In this document: positions 8,751 to 18,600 of the stretch, piece after piece
Numbering within the stretch: the stretch's first letter is position 1
Layout of the letters: the number at the start of each line of letters is the position of its first letter
Assembly: GCA_963788655.1 (NCBI GenBank)
Contig: CAWBHS010000006.1
Coordinates: forward strand, 32,001-96,000
DNA: 64,000 bases
Direction: 5' to 3'
Source: an uncultured Verrucomicrobiae bacterium
GTDB lineage: Bacteria > Verrucomicrobiota > Verrucomicrobiia > Limisphaerales > JAFGQR01
The notes under the pieces: generated by a model
The model's input: the letters and a program-made list of their open reading frames with translations, nothing else
Databases searched by the model: none
What the model was told of the DNA's origin: nothing
Translations under genes and position numbers: made by a program

Positions 8751-10226
8751 ATGGTTATGTGTCCAAAGTGTCGATTCCATTTATTCCTAAAACGGACAAT
8801 TCGCCGATGGTGTCCGTTGCTGTTCGTTTTCTTGGGAACGCTCCCGGCCCTAAGCGCGCCGCCGCAACGTGGCTCGCTGCTGCAACCGTATTGGGCCAAC
8901 CGCCAACCCAATATCGTCTTCATCCTGGCGGACGGGCTTCGATACGACGACCTTGGTTGCTATGGCGGGGCGATCAAGACGCCGCACCTCGACCAATTGG
9001 CCGCGGAAGGCATGCGGTTCACCCAGGGCTACGCCGGCAGTCCGGACAGCGCCCCGTCGCGCGCCACATTGCTCACCGGATTGGACACCGGGCATGCGCG
9101 CGTTCGCGGTCCCGGTGAAGTGACCCTGCTGACCAACGATGTCACCGTGGCCGAAATTCTGCGGGATGCCGGCTACGCCACGGGGGTAATTGGCGAATGG
9201 GGCCTGGGGGTGGCATCGACACCTGAACGGCACCGGCTCCCGAAACCTGATGAGATGACGGTGTCGCTTGAAGAAGAGAATCAAGGAATCCCAACGAACC
9301 AGGGCTTTGACGAATGGCTCGGCTTCCTCAACCTGCAACACGCCGCCGACAGTTATCCCACGCAAATGTGGCGGAACGCGGAGGTGCTGCCACTCGATAA
9401 AAACTTCTACAACTACCGTGGCTTGTATGCGCCGGACTTGCTCACCCGGGCAGCGACCAATTTCGTGCGGATCAACAAATGGCAACCGTCATTCCTGTAC
9501 CTCGCTTCAACGCTGCCGCGCGCTCCGCACAATGATGTCGGCGATGTCGGACCGAGCCGGCCCGCCTTGGTTGCCCGCTTGGATGCGGATGTCGGGAAGC
9601 TCATGGCCGCGATCGTTCATTTGAAACTCGACACGAACACGGTCGTCTTCCTGGCCAGCGACCGCAGTCCCCGGCCAGAACGCAGTGAGTCACCGGATGC
9701 CCAAAAACAAGTCGAGCATTCCAGCGAACCTGCAAGCGATTTGACCGAAGCCCGGCTGCGCGTGCCCATGATCGTGCGGTGGCCGGGCAAAATTCCCGCG
9801 GGCAAAGTCACGGACCAACTCTGCGCCCTGTGGGATTTCCTGCCCACCGCGCTGGAAATCGCCGGAACCAATGCCCCGCCGGGCATCGATGGCATCTCGC
9901 TCTTACCCACGCTGCGCGGCCAACCGCAGACCACGCAGCACGATTTCCTCTATTGGGAGTGCCACCGCCAAACGACCCAGCAAGCGGTGCGCCTGAAGAA
10001 TTGGAAGGCGATCCGCTTGGCGCCCAATCAACCAATTGCGCTTTACGATCTCAAAGCCGATCCGACAGAAACCCACAACGTGGCGGCGCAACACCCGGAG
10101 GTCGTGAACCGCATGAAGCAGCTTCTCCAACAGGCGCGCACGGAATCCAAGCGTTGGCCGCTGAAGAATGCCCGTGAAAAGACCGCGGCCGCCGCCCAAC
10201 CCCGCGTGGCGGCCTCAACCAGGTGA
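8751..10226 (+). CDS. Sulfatase-fold protein with degenerate catalytic motifs
   Basis: PNIVFILAD, SAPSRATLLTG, AGYATG, RVPMIVRWPG, DFLPT, LYDLKADPTET; start uncertain. Confidence 0.85.
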   Translation: MVMCPKCRFHLFLKRTIRRWCPLLFVFLGTLPALSAPPQRGSLLQPYWANRQPNIVFILADGLRYDDLGCYGGAIKTPHLDQLAAEGMRFTQGYAGSPDSAPSRATLLTGLDTGHARVRGPGEVTLLTNDVTVAEILRDAGYATGVIGEWGLGVASTPERHRLPKPDEMTVSLEEENQGIPTNQGFDEWLGFLNLQHAADSYPTQMWRNAEVLPLDKNFYNYRGLYAPDLLTRAATNFVRINKWQPSFLYLASTLPRAPHNDVGDVGPSRPALVARLDADVGKLMAAIVHLKLDTNTVVFLASDRSPRPERSESPDAQKQVEHSSEPASDLTEARLRVPMIVRWPGKIPAGKVTDQLCALWDFLPTALEIAGTNAPPGIDGISLLPTLRGQPQTTQHDFLYWECHRQTTQQAVRLKNWKAIRLAPNQPIALYDLKADPTETHNVAAQHPEVVNRMKQLLQQARTESKRWPLKNAREKTAAAAQPRVAASTR

Positions 10227-10229
10227 AGC

Positions 10230-11138
10230 ATGTTTTTCATCCTGCCAGTCGGAGTGGATTACCAGGCCCGGCGTTACCCGGTGGTGACGTTCACACTGAT
10301 TGGCCTCAACGTGGTGATGTGGCTTCTTTCGCTGGTGGCCAACGCCCACGGCACGGCGTTGCCGGGCGAGCTCAGTGAATGGGAAATGAACCTCTGGCTC
10401 ATTCCCGCCCATTCGGGCTGGCACGCCTACCTCACCACCCTGTTTGTTCATGCCGGCTTCCTGCACCTGCTGGGGAACATGGTTTATTTGTTCCTGTTTG
10501 GGTCACCCGTGGAAGATATTATCGGGCGCTGGCAGTTTGTGATCTTCTACTTGCTGGGGGGATTGGTGGCGGACTTTGCGCACATAGCCTTCACACCGGA
10601 ACACTTTGCTTCACTGATGCCTTTGGGCGGCGCCTCAGGAGCCGTCTCCGCCTGCATCGGTGGATTCATGCTGCTCCTGGCCAAAACCCGCATTGAGTTC
10701 AAATACTTGATCATTCTGTTCGTGCGGTTTTGGAGCGGCGAGTTCTTTCTGCCCGCCTGGCTCGTCATGTCCTTTTGGTTTTTGGAAGACTTGGTTTTTG
10801 CGGTGCTGAGTCTTGGTAGCAGCGGCGGCGGCACAGCATTCGGTGCGCACGTGGGCGGCTTTGCCAGCGGGATGGCGATGATTGCCCTTTACCAATTGCT
10901 GCAAAGACAATGGGGTGCGTCCGCGGAAGTGGACGACGAGCAAATCGAACTCGAACCAGCACCCATCCCGATGGATGCGGCAACCATTTACTTGTTCGAT
11001 GGGGTCAACCAATCGGGGCCGTTCAGTTCGACCCAAATTTCCCAAATGCTCGCGCTGGGCTCCATCACGGCCGACGCGATGTATTGGCAGGAAGGCATGC
11101 CCGACTGGGGCAGCGTACAGGAACTGGGGCTGGAATAA
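10230..11138 (+). CDS. Rhomboid intramembrane serine protease with C-terminal GYF_2/DUF4339-like domain
   Basis: HAGFLHLLGNM, GASGA (catalytic Ser), AHVGG (catalytic His); C-terminal QSGPFS...YWQEGMPDW. Confidence 0.9.
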   Translation: MFFILPVGVDYQARRYPVVTFTLIGLNVVMWLLSLVANAHGTALPGELSEWEMNLWLIPAHSGWHAYLTTLFVHAGFLHLLGNMVYLFLFGSPVEDIIGRWQFVIFYLLGGLVADFAHIAFTPEHFASLMPLGGASGAVSACIGGFMLLLAKTRIEFKYLIILFVRFWSGEFFLPAWLVMSFWFLEDLVFAVLSLGSSGGGTAFGAHVGGFASGMAMIALYQLLQRQWGASAEVDDEQIELEPAPIPMDAATIYLFDGVNQSGPFSSTQISQMLALGSITADAMYWQEGMPDWGSVQELGLE

Positions 11139-11439
11139 GCGCGTTCCTGGCCCGGATATTTCCCTCTGACTTGAAACGCCAACGGGCCGTAGCTGCCGAC
11201 GAGCGGAGGTGGAATACAGTTGGGTTGCATCGTTTTCGCTTCCCGCTCGAATTCCCGACCATTGAGCAGATCAATCCTTGCCCGAGTTTTATCAATTGGC
11301 ACCCCGACCGCCTTCAGGTTTAGGCTGCGGGCGTATTGAAACAGAAAACCTGTGAACCAACTAACGCACGCCGCTTGAGGCGCAAGCTGCGGGCGCGTGG
11401 AACTGCCCGGACGGAGCGGGCTCAACGAAAGGTGTCGCC

Positions 11440-11820
11440 GTGCAATTGAATCTGACCATGGCCTGGTTGTGGATCGTAATGGGGTTTGCTACGGGAATGA
11501 TTCTCGGGCTGAATTTCCACCGCGAGAATTGGCTGGGAGGCTACGGCAGTCATCGCCGGCGGTTGTATCGGCTGGGCCACATTTCCTTTTTTGGCTTGGG
11601 CGTGGTCAACGCGATGTTTTACGGGACGGCCTCCGTTCTGCGTCTGGCTTCGCATTTCAGCCAGGTGGCTGCGTGGGCCTTCATTGTCGGGGCCGCGACG
11701 ATGCCGGTATGTTGCCTGATCATGGCGCATTGGCCCAAAGGGCGGATGCTGTTCGCGATTCCCGTCAGCAGCCTGCTCACCGGTGGGGTCTTAACTCTCT
11801 GGGAGATTATCAAATTATGA
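11440..11820 (+). CDS. Small multi-TM membrane protein of unknown function
   Basis: About four hydrophobic segments; WLGGYGSHRRRLYRLGHISFFGLG motif; stop overlaps the next ATG (ATGA). Confidence 0.75.
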   Translation: MQLNLTMAWLWIVMGFATGMILGLNFHRENWLGGYGSHRRRLYRLGHISFFGLGVVNAMFYGTASVLRLASHFSQVAAWAFIVGAATMPVCCLIMAHWPKGRMLFAIPVSSLLTGGVLTLWEIIKL

Positions 11821-13175
11821 AGAAGATCGGATTCATTGCCATGAGTGGGATTCGGGCGCAGAACCAGGAACTGCTCAAACTCGGGCTGACCCTGCCGGGA
11901 TTTGTCGAGCGCAGCAAAGTCATTGCGTCGCTGCCCAGTTTGTCGTTGCTGACCCTCGCGGGCCTGACGCCGGACAGGTATGCGGTGGAGTATCGCGAGA
12001 TTCAGGATCTGCAACAGGCGGGGCCATTGCCGGAGGACTACGACCTGGTGGCGATCACTTCCTTGTCCGCGCAGATGACCGAAGCTTACAAGGTCGCCGA
12101 TTTCTATCGCCGCCAATCGGTGCCCGTAGTGATGGGCGGCTTGCACGTGACCGCCGTACCGGACGAAGCACAGGAACACGGCGCCAGCGCGGTAGTGGGC
12201 GAAGGCGAACCGTTGTGGCCGGAAGTACTGGCGGACTTCGAACGGAACGCACTGAAGCCCATGTATCGCTCGCGGGCGGCCCGGCGCTTTGACCTGCGGG
12301 ATGCGCCGATGCCCCGCTTCGAGTTGCTGGAACCGGACAAGTATAACCGGCTCACCGTCCAAACCAGCCGGGGCTGTCCGCACGCCTGCGAGTTTTGCGC
12401 CAGTTCGATCCTGCTCACGCCGCGGTACCAACTCAAGCCGGTGCCCAAGGTGATCGCGGAAATCCAGGCCATCAAACGCATCTGGCCGCGGCCGTTCATC
12501 GAATTTGCCGATGACAATAGTTTTGTGCATCGCAGCCACGCCAAGGAATTGCTCCGGGCGCTAGCGCGGGAAAAGGTGTCCTGGTTCACCGAGGCGGACC
12601 TGAAGGTGGCCGACGACGATGAACTGCTGGGCCTGATGCGCGACTCCGGTTGCCAACAGGTGTTGATCGGCCTCGAAAGCCCGCGCCCGGCCAGCCTCGA
12701 TGGGATCGAGTTACACGGCAATTGGAAGTGGCGCCAGCGGGAGCGTTACTTCGAAGCGATTGCCAAAATCCAATCCTACGGCCTCACCGTGAACGGCTGC
12801 TTCATCCTGGGTTTGGACGGCGACACGCCCGAGGTGTTTGCCGAGGTGTTGGATTTTGTGCGCGCCTCCGGTTTGTACGAGGTGCAGATCACGCTGCTGA
12901 CGGTGTTTCCGGGAACACCGTTGGAACGGCGACTGAGAGCGGAGGGCCGGCTCATCCGCGAGCGAGCCTGGGAGTTGTGTACCTTGTTCGACCTTAACGT
13001 CGTGCCGAAAAACATGAGCGTCGCCGAACTACAACAAGGATTTGTCCAGTTGGCCGAACAGTTGTATTCCGCCGACGAAACCCATCGCCGGCGGCGCCGC
13101 TTCAAGACCCGGTTGAAAACCTCACCGAATTTCCGCCGGCGAAGCCGCACGCGCCAGGCGGCGTTGCCTGCTTGA
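11817..13175 (+). CDS. Cobalamin-binding radical SAM protein (class B methyltransferase-like)
   Basis: PSLSLLTLAGLTP and GGLHVT (B12-binding domain); SRGCPHACEFC; FADDN; GCFILGLDGD; true start ATG 11817. Confidence 0.9.
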   Translation: MKKIGFIAMSGIRAQNQELLKLGLTLPGFVERSKVIASLPSLSLLTLAGLTPDRYAVEYREIQDLQQAGPLPEDYDLVAITSLSAQMTEAYKVADFYRRQSVPVVMGGLHVTAVPDEAQEHGASAVVGEGEPLWPEVLADFERNALKPMYRSRAARRFDLRDAPMPRFELLEPDKYNRLTVQTSRGCPHACEFCASSILLTPRYQLKPVPKVIAEIQAIKRIWPRPFIEFADDNSFVHRSHAKELLRALAREKVSWFTEADLKVADDDELLGLMRDSGCQQVLIGLESPRPASLDGIELHGNWKWRQRERYFEAIAKIQSYGLTVNGCFILGLDGDTPEVFAEVLDFVRASGLYEVQITLLTVFPGTPLERRLRAEGRLIRERAWELCTLFDLNVVPKNMSVAELQQGFVQLAEQLYSADETHRRRRRFKTRLKTSPNFRRRSRTRQAALPA

Positions 13176-13251
13176 CGCTCCACCCCACGCTTCGGACGAT
13201 AAAACCCGTGCGTAACGATGCCCGAGGCTCGTTCGGTGACGGATGCGCAGA

Positions 13252-13421
13252 GGTAGGGCGAGACTCCGTCGAGCCCAAACATCCCCGCATCGTGTTCGCC
13301 AACCTGGCAACGTCAACGCGGGAAGCTTTCGGCATTCGAGTATCAAGAAACTCCCTCTGCTCGGCACGGCATTGACGGACGCGCTCAGGGAAGTCAGGGC
13401 TCGACGGAGTCTCGCCCTACC
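13252..13421. repeat. REPIN, GTAG family B (GGTAGGGCGAGACTCCGTCGAGCCC)
   Basis: Perfect 25-bp inverted repeats at 13252-13276 and 13397-13421. Confidence 0.85.
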
Positions 13422-13441
13422 CGAACTGCCTGGGTTTGGAT

Positions 13442-13544
13442 TTGACACAGCCATCAAAGTGACATTTCATTGGGGCGTTATGGAAAATTATTTTCTGCCT
13501 AGTTGTGTTATCCAAGTCGTTGGTACGGCTGAACAGCGTTGGCC
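13442..13544 (+). promoter_or_regulatory. Candidate cassette promoter (Pc-like) and attI-like entry site
   Basis: TTGACA(13442)-N17-TTTCAT; AT-rich tract; GTTATCCAAGTCGTTGG; core site GTTGGCC at 13538-13544 just before the first cassette gene. Confidence 0.4.
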
Positions 13545-13550
13545 GGAAAC

Positions 13551-14072
13551 ATGCACATGACAGCCGCAGCCACAAGCCAGAAGAAAGCTGCGCTCCTTGA
13601 GTTGGCAAAGAGCATCCGTTCGCACGAGGACTGGTGGCTCTTTCCGGCCCAAGACCCGGTTCAGGGGTTTATGGGTACAGATCCGATATTCATCGTCGGG
13701 GATCAGCCATCGAGAAGCGAATGGCCGCCCGAACATCCAAACAGGAAGGCTTTCTACGGACACCTCGAAAAAGTCGGAGTGCCAAATGCCCACTTAACCG
13801 ATCTTTACAAGAAACGTGGAGCGTGTGGCGCATTGAGTGCGGGTCTGCCGGACGATTTTCACGATCACGTGAGCCTGTTTCGGAGGGAGATCGAGATTCT
13901 GCAACCTATACGCATTGTGGCATTGGGGCATCTTGCTTACCGCTTGCTAATGCAGCATGTAGCCGAGTGGCGACCCACATTGAGGCGCATGTGGCACTTC
14001 TCCTATGTGGTTCGATACGGCAAGCTGTCCCAGTATGAAGCCAACATACGTAGGGCTATTTGGGATGCGTGA
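13551..14072 (+). CDS. Uracil-DNA glycosylase superfamily-like protein (cassette 1)
   Basis: IFIVGDQPS (motif A-like), HLTDLYK, FRREIEILQPIRIVALG, WHFSY (motif B-like). Confidence 0.65.
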   Translation: MHMTAAATSQKKAALLELAKSIRSHEDWWLFPAQDPVQGFMGTDPIFIVGDQPSRSEWPPEHPNRKAFYGHLEKVGVPNAHLTDLYKKRGACGALSAGLPDDFHDHVSLFRREIEILQPIRIVALGHLAYRLLMQHVAEWRPTLRRMWHFSYVVRYGKLSQYEANIRRAIWDA

Positions 14073-14086
14073 CACCAAATGAAACC

Positions 14087-14180
14087 GGCTATCAAAATCC
14101 TTGGAGCGAACGCGGGCGGGCCACGTCAGTTGGCAATGCGGAGGCGCTGGGCCGGCCGCGTCGCTCTGTTCTTTTCGGCT
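14087..14180 (+). mobile_element. attC-like integron recombination site 1
   Basis: R''-like GGCTATC; imperfect palindrome GAGCGAACGCGGGCGGGCC...GGCCGGCCGCGTCGCTC with unpaired bases; R'-like TTTCGGCT. Confidence 0.65.
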
Positions 14181-14194
14181 GAAAAGGACGCGCT

Positions 14195-14689
14195 ATGGCA
14201 AAAGTAGGTCGCAATGATCCCTGTCCGTGCGGCAGAGGCAGAAAATACAAGAAGTGTTGCATGGAAGCCGACGAGCAGCGGAGGCCAGCAGGAGTCGCTC
14301 GCGGCAGCGATCCCCTTCCCGCATACCGGATCGCCGAAACGGAAGTGGACGCGCTCTCCAACAGTGTTATCGACTTGATCGAGGCTGGCGATTTCGGTGC
14401 TGCCGAGGCGGCCTGTCGCCGACTCCAGGAGGAGTATCCGGATCAGGTGGATGGCATCTGGCGGTTGGCGTCCGTGCATGAGGCTCGTGGAGACCGCGCG
14501 GCAGCGGCCGATTGTTATCGAGCGGCTGCGGAGTTCGCGCGCTCACACGACGGTTTTGAGGAGCAGAGTATCACCGACATGATCGAAGCGGCTGAACGAA
14601 TGGAAGCCGAAAGAGCTGCACCGAATGGCGGTCCCGCGACGCCGTTTGGCAGTTCGGGAGTCACCGATGGGTCGCCATCGGTGCCCTGA
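14195..14689 (+). CDS. SEC-C motif plus TPR-like protein (cassette 2); C-terminus reads into the attC
   Basis: GRNDPCPCGRGRKYKKCC; helical repeats AAEAACRRL..YPDQVDG..RLASVHEARGD..AAADCYRAA. Confidence 0.85.
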   Translation: MAKVGRNDPCPCGRGRKYKKCCMEADEQRRPAGVARGSDPLPAYRIAETEVDALSNSVIDLIEAGDFGAAEAACRRLQEEYPDQVDGIWRLASVHEARGDRAAAADCYRAAAEFARSHDGFEEQSITDMIEAAERMEAERAAPNGGPATPFGSSGVTDGSPSVP

Positions 14690-14698
14690 TCGTTGGGT
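14605..14698 (+). mobile_element. attC-like integron recombination site 2
   Basis: AGCCGAAA (exact complement of TTTCGGCT at 14173); arms CACCGAATGGCGGTCCC / GGGTCGCCATCGGTG; R' GTTGGGT at 14692-14698 matches GTTRRRY. Confidence 0.75.
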
Positions 14699-14707
14699 GT
14701 GGCCCTT

Positions 14708-14986
14708 ATGAGCACAATTCTATTCTTCTTCGCGTGTATGTCGGGAATATGCGCCTTCGGATTCCTTTTGACGGCGGCTGTCAGCTTTCAGCAGTTGGGT
14801 GCGCCGGGGAAATCGGCCTCTTTTCTGACACGCTGGATGCACATGCTTTCTGGCGGGTGGATTTCGGCAGCCCGAGGCATGGCCAAGAATTGGTCTCGGG
14901 AGCAGGAGCTGAGGCGACTGATGTATCTGGGATGCACAGCCCTGGTGGTAGCCGTAATCTGCGCGGTTCTAGCATTCAGTATCTAA
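14708..14986 (+). CDS. Small two-TM membrane protein (cassette 3)
   Basis: Two hydrophobic segments; starts 10 nt after GTTGGGT and is followed by ACCCAAC (15000-15006). Confidence 0.6.
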   Translation: MSTILFFFACMSGICAFGFLLTAAVSFQQLGAPGKSASFLTRWMHMLSGGWISAARGMAKNWSREQELRRLMYLGCTALVVAVICAVLAFSI

Positions 14987-14999
14987 TGACCACGCAACC

Positions 15000-15208
15000 A
15001 CCCAACCACCTTTCCAATGGAGCCAATCCCTCGCGTCGGAGCGAGTTTGGCGATTTCTGGGACATTGCGCGGCACAGCAGCAGCGAGGCGCTCCACCAAC
15101 TCGCGAGCCAGACGCATGGCGCCGGAACAGGTGCTTCGCCTGAATGAGCGATGAGCGTATGACGCGGAGGTCCAACGGATCGGCAGGTGGTTACCCGTGG
15201 CGTTCGAC
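15000..15208 (+). mobile_element. Degenerate attC-like site(s) closing the array
   Basis: ACCCAAC (RYYYAAC) is the exact complement of GTTGGGT at 14692; downstream arms are poorly paired; GTTCGAC at 15202-15208. Confidence 0.4.
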
Positions 15209-15379
15209 TATTTTGCATGGCGATTTTAACACAAGCATTTCTCATTGCTCTCCGTGTCCTCCGTGCTCTGTGGTTTAATGGAGATTGATAAAGATTAAAC
15301 GAGGGGCAGCGGGCAAAGTGCGGCTGTGAAAGAGGCAGATCACAAAAGTCTAATTTAAGGTTCGGTCGCCGCCTATCCC

Positions 15380-15495
15380 GTAGGACAGCCGTCCCGGCTG
15401 TTCCGAACTTCCAAACAGCGTTCAGCATTACCTGAAACGGTCTGCTGGAAGTGGGCGTCCTTTGCCGCTCGGGACCGGCGGGACGCCTGTCCTAC
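15380..15495. repeat. REPIN, GTAG family A variant
   Basis: GTAGGACAGCCGTCCCGGCTGTTCC ... GGGACCGGCGGGACGCCTGTCCTAC. Confidence 0.75.
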
Positions 15496-15606
15496 GGTTG
15501 GCGGCGCGGCGGTCACATCGATTACATGCCGAGCCGTTTCAGGGAGTGCTCAACCCGTTTCCAAACTCCATCAATGGCCAGTTGCATCGAACCGGTGTTA
15601 CTCCCA

Positions 15607-18600
15607 TCACCCCATCCATTCTGTCGTCACCTCGATCGCCTGGCCGGCTTCAAGGGTGCGTCCGTCAAAGGTCACTGCCACCTTCGTGCCTTCGGCTTTC
15701 CACTTGGTCGGCACTGCGTTTCCGCCGACCGTCAGCTTCACCGCGTTGACTTTGGAACCTTTGGGCAGTTGTTGCACGATTTCCTGGAGGGCGAGGCGGC
15801 CCCATTTGACTTCGAATCGGTTGGTCTGTTTGCGCGCATTGCGTTGTTGGCTGGCGAGGCCCCAGCCTTCGGCGCTGGTAAAGAGCGCCTGGAAATTGTC
15901 CGGCTGGAGATGAGGCGCCAAACCGATCCGCTTGGCGGGGCCATGAAACTCGAAGCCGCACAACGCGGTGAACACGCCCCAACTGGCCATCGCCCGCGCG
16001 TAGTGGTCGCCGCATTCGATCTCGTTCCAGGGATTGTGCTTGGCCGGATGATAGCGGTCGTGGATGGCGCGGCAGATCGCCAGCGCTTCGGTCAGCATGT
16101 CTTCCCAAACCAGATGACCGGCCACTTGGTATTCGATGCCGGTCCAAATTTCATTGCGGTAGCGGGTGGATTTCGGCCCCAGATGTTTGCTCTGGGGCCA
16201 GGTGCAGGTGAACAGTCCGGCTTCGCCCGGATAGGCGAACCAACGTTCGGGCTTGTGCGCCTGGTTCTGCGGCCCGATGTCCGGAGCCCAGCAATATTTC
16301 CAGACCGACTGCAATGCCGACCGCACTTGCGGTGTCGGGTAGAGGTAACCCAGTCCGACTTGATGCGCCCAGCCTTGGCCAAACATCTGGTCGGCCAAAC
16401 AACCGTTGGCGTATTGCCAGTCGGGATGCTTTTTCAGGTCCACGTCCTGGATGAAGTATTCCCCGTTGAACAAGCGTTTGCTGGAAAGCTTCGAGCCGGA
16501 CTCGAACAGCTTGCGGCAGGTTTGGGCGAATTCGGTGTCGCCCATCTCGCGGGCCATTTCTTCGGCCGCCCGCAAAGCGCCCAGGTACAACGAACCGACC
16601 ATGGTGTTGGGACCAAAGTAATTTTGGTCGTAGGTCTGGTGCTGGCTGCCTTCGAGAAGTCCATTGGCGTCGCCATCTTCCTTGATCAGAAACTCCACCG
16701 CTTTGCGGATGTTCGGCCAGTTGCGTTTGAGAAAACCGGCATCGGACGAAACCAGGTGTTCGCGGTAGGCTTTTAGAATGTATCCGCCTTGGGCATCGCC
16801 AGCCCAGGCACCCCAACCCTCGCCGCGGAAGGCAATCGCGCCATTGCCCCAGAGGCCGACGCCGGGCGCGAAGTCCTGCATCTCGCGGACGGATCGTTCC
16901 AGGCGCGGAAACAACCGGGCCAGGGCGTGTTCGTAATTCCACACATGACCGCAGGTGCCATGGCAGCAACCGCAGCCCTCCCAACCCCAGAACCGGCCGT
17001 TCTCCCACCATTGGCCGGTGGTCGTAGCCAGATTACTTATAGTCGAGTGCAGCCGATCCAGCAGCCAATGCGGCAGCGTTGATTGATAATAGGTGTCGTG
17101 CCACAGCCGCGTGTCACGGGCGAGGCGTTCCCGGTTGCCCGAGATGTATTCGGCCACTGCCAGGGCATTGCCGAAACGCTTGGCGTAGTAATTCCCCACC
17201 CGCTTTTTGTCACGGTGCAAATTGGGAATGTGCCAGGAAACCACGAAGGTGATTTCCGCATCTGCCCCGGGCTTTAGCATTACCGTCCGGCCCACGGCGC
17301 CGACGAGCGGACTGGCAAGTTGCGCGCCGGAATTCTCGGCGGACTTGGTTTCGGAATTGATAAACAGTTGCGGTGACAAGCCATTGATTTGGGTGGCGTC
17401 AACTTGCGGCCGGGCGAATGTTCCGTCATTGGCCAGAACGGCAATGGCCATCGTGCCGTAGTCGAGTTGCTCGACGAGGTTACCGGGTTGCCCGGAGGCC
17501 GGTTCATCGCGGAACTCGATTTGGTCGATATTGACATGGCCCCAGGCGCCGGAATCCGCATCGACAATTTCCAGGCGCGCCTTCTTGCCGGCAAATTCGC
17601 GGACATTCCAATTTGCGGGTTCGAGGCGTTCGTTGTCCTTGCCGGTTATCGTGCGCACCACTTTGCCGTCCACTAGCAGGTTCATACAGGTCTGGTTCTT
17701 GTGGCTGCCGCCTCCAACCAGGAAACTGATCCAATCGCGTTCGATGGTGAACTCCGGCGATGTCAATTTGCCGTGGGGCACGTCACCGCCGAGGAACGTG
17801 TTCACCAAGCCCTTGCCGGCAAAGCCGCTGACGTCTTGTTGTTTCTCCAGCGTGCCCGTGGCCGGCCGGCTGCCGAAGGCTTCGCCTTCCACCTTCCAAT
17901 CGCCGTAGTTCTGTCCTTCGAAATCGGCAAACACGGTCGGCGGGCGCGCGGGAGTCTGCGCGGCTGTTTCGACCTTCAGCACACGGCAGTTAATCGCTGT
18001 GAGTCCACTCCGGCTTACGGCGCGGTTTTCACGTTCCATTACTCCAGCGAACTGCGCTTGCGAATGTCGGCAGACGGCGTTTTGCAGCCAGCCCACGAGG
18101 CTGACTTCCAGGTCCGTGGCGGAGGTGTTTTTCAAGTGGTAATTCAACAACGTGGCGGGCAGCGCGGAATCCTCTTCGTTCAGCGGAATGAACGGTGAAA
18201 ACGCTTCGAGTCGCACTTCCAACGGCAGGGTTTTGTCCGGATATTCCACCCAGCCAATTGGGTATTCCCCGCAGAAGCGTGTCGCCGGAAATCCCTCGCG
18301 ATTCAACGGCCGCACGGTGACCTTGCCGCCTTGACGGACCCGCAGGGCCACGCCTTGTTCCAGCGGCGGCATTTCAAAAAGCTTCTGCGGATTGGCGGCC
18401 ACGGAAGGTTCGCGGCCCACCTGGTAATTTTTCGCGCCGTAGCCGGAGTTGTGTTGCTGATTGAAAATATCCCAGTAAGTCAACCGTCCGTCGCCAGTCA
18501 GATAGACTTGGCCGGCGCAGATCCCGCCGATCGGCATACCGATGGTCTTCAGCTCGCGGCCTTGGTACCAGGTGCGCTCGCTGCGGGCAAAGAGGGCGTT

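Noticed and set aside
11397..11816. N-terminal extension of the radical SAM ORF
   Set aside because: It overlaps the real membrane-protein gene in another frame; the rSAM starts at 11817.
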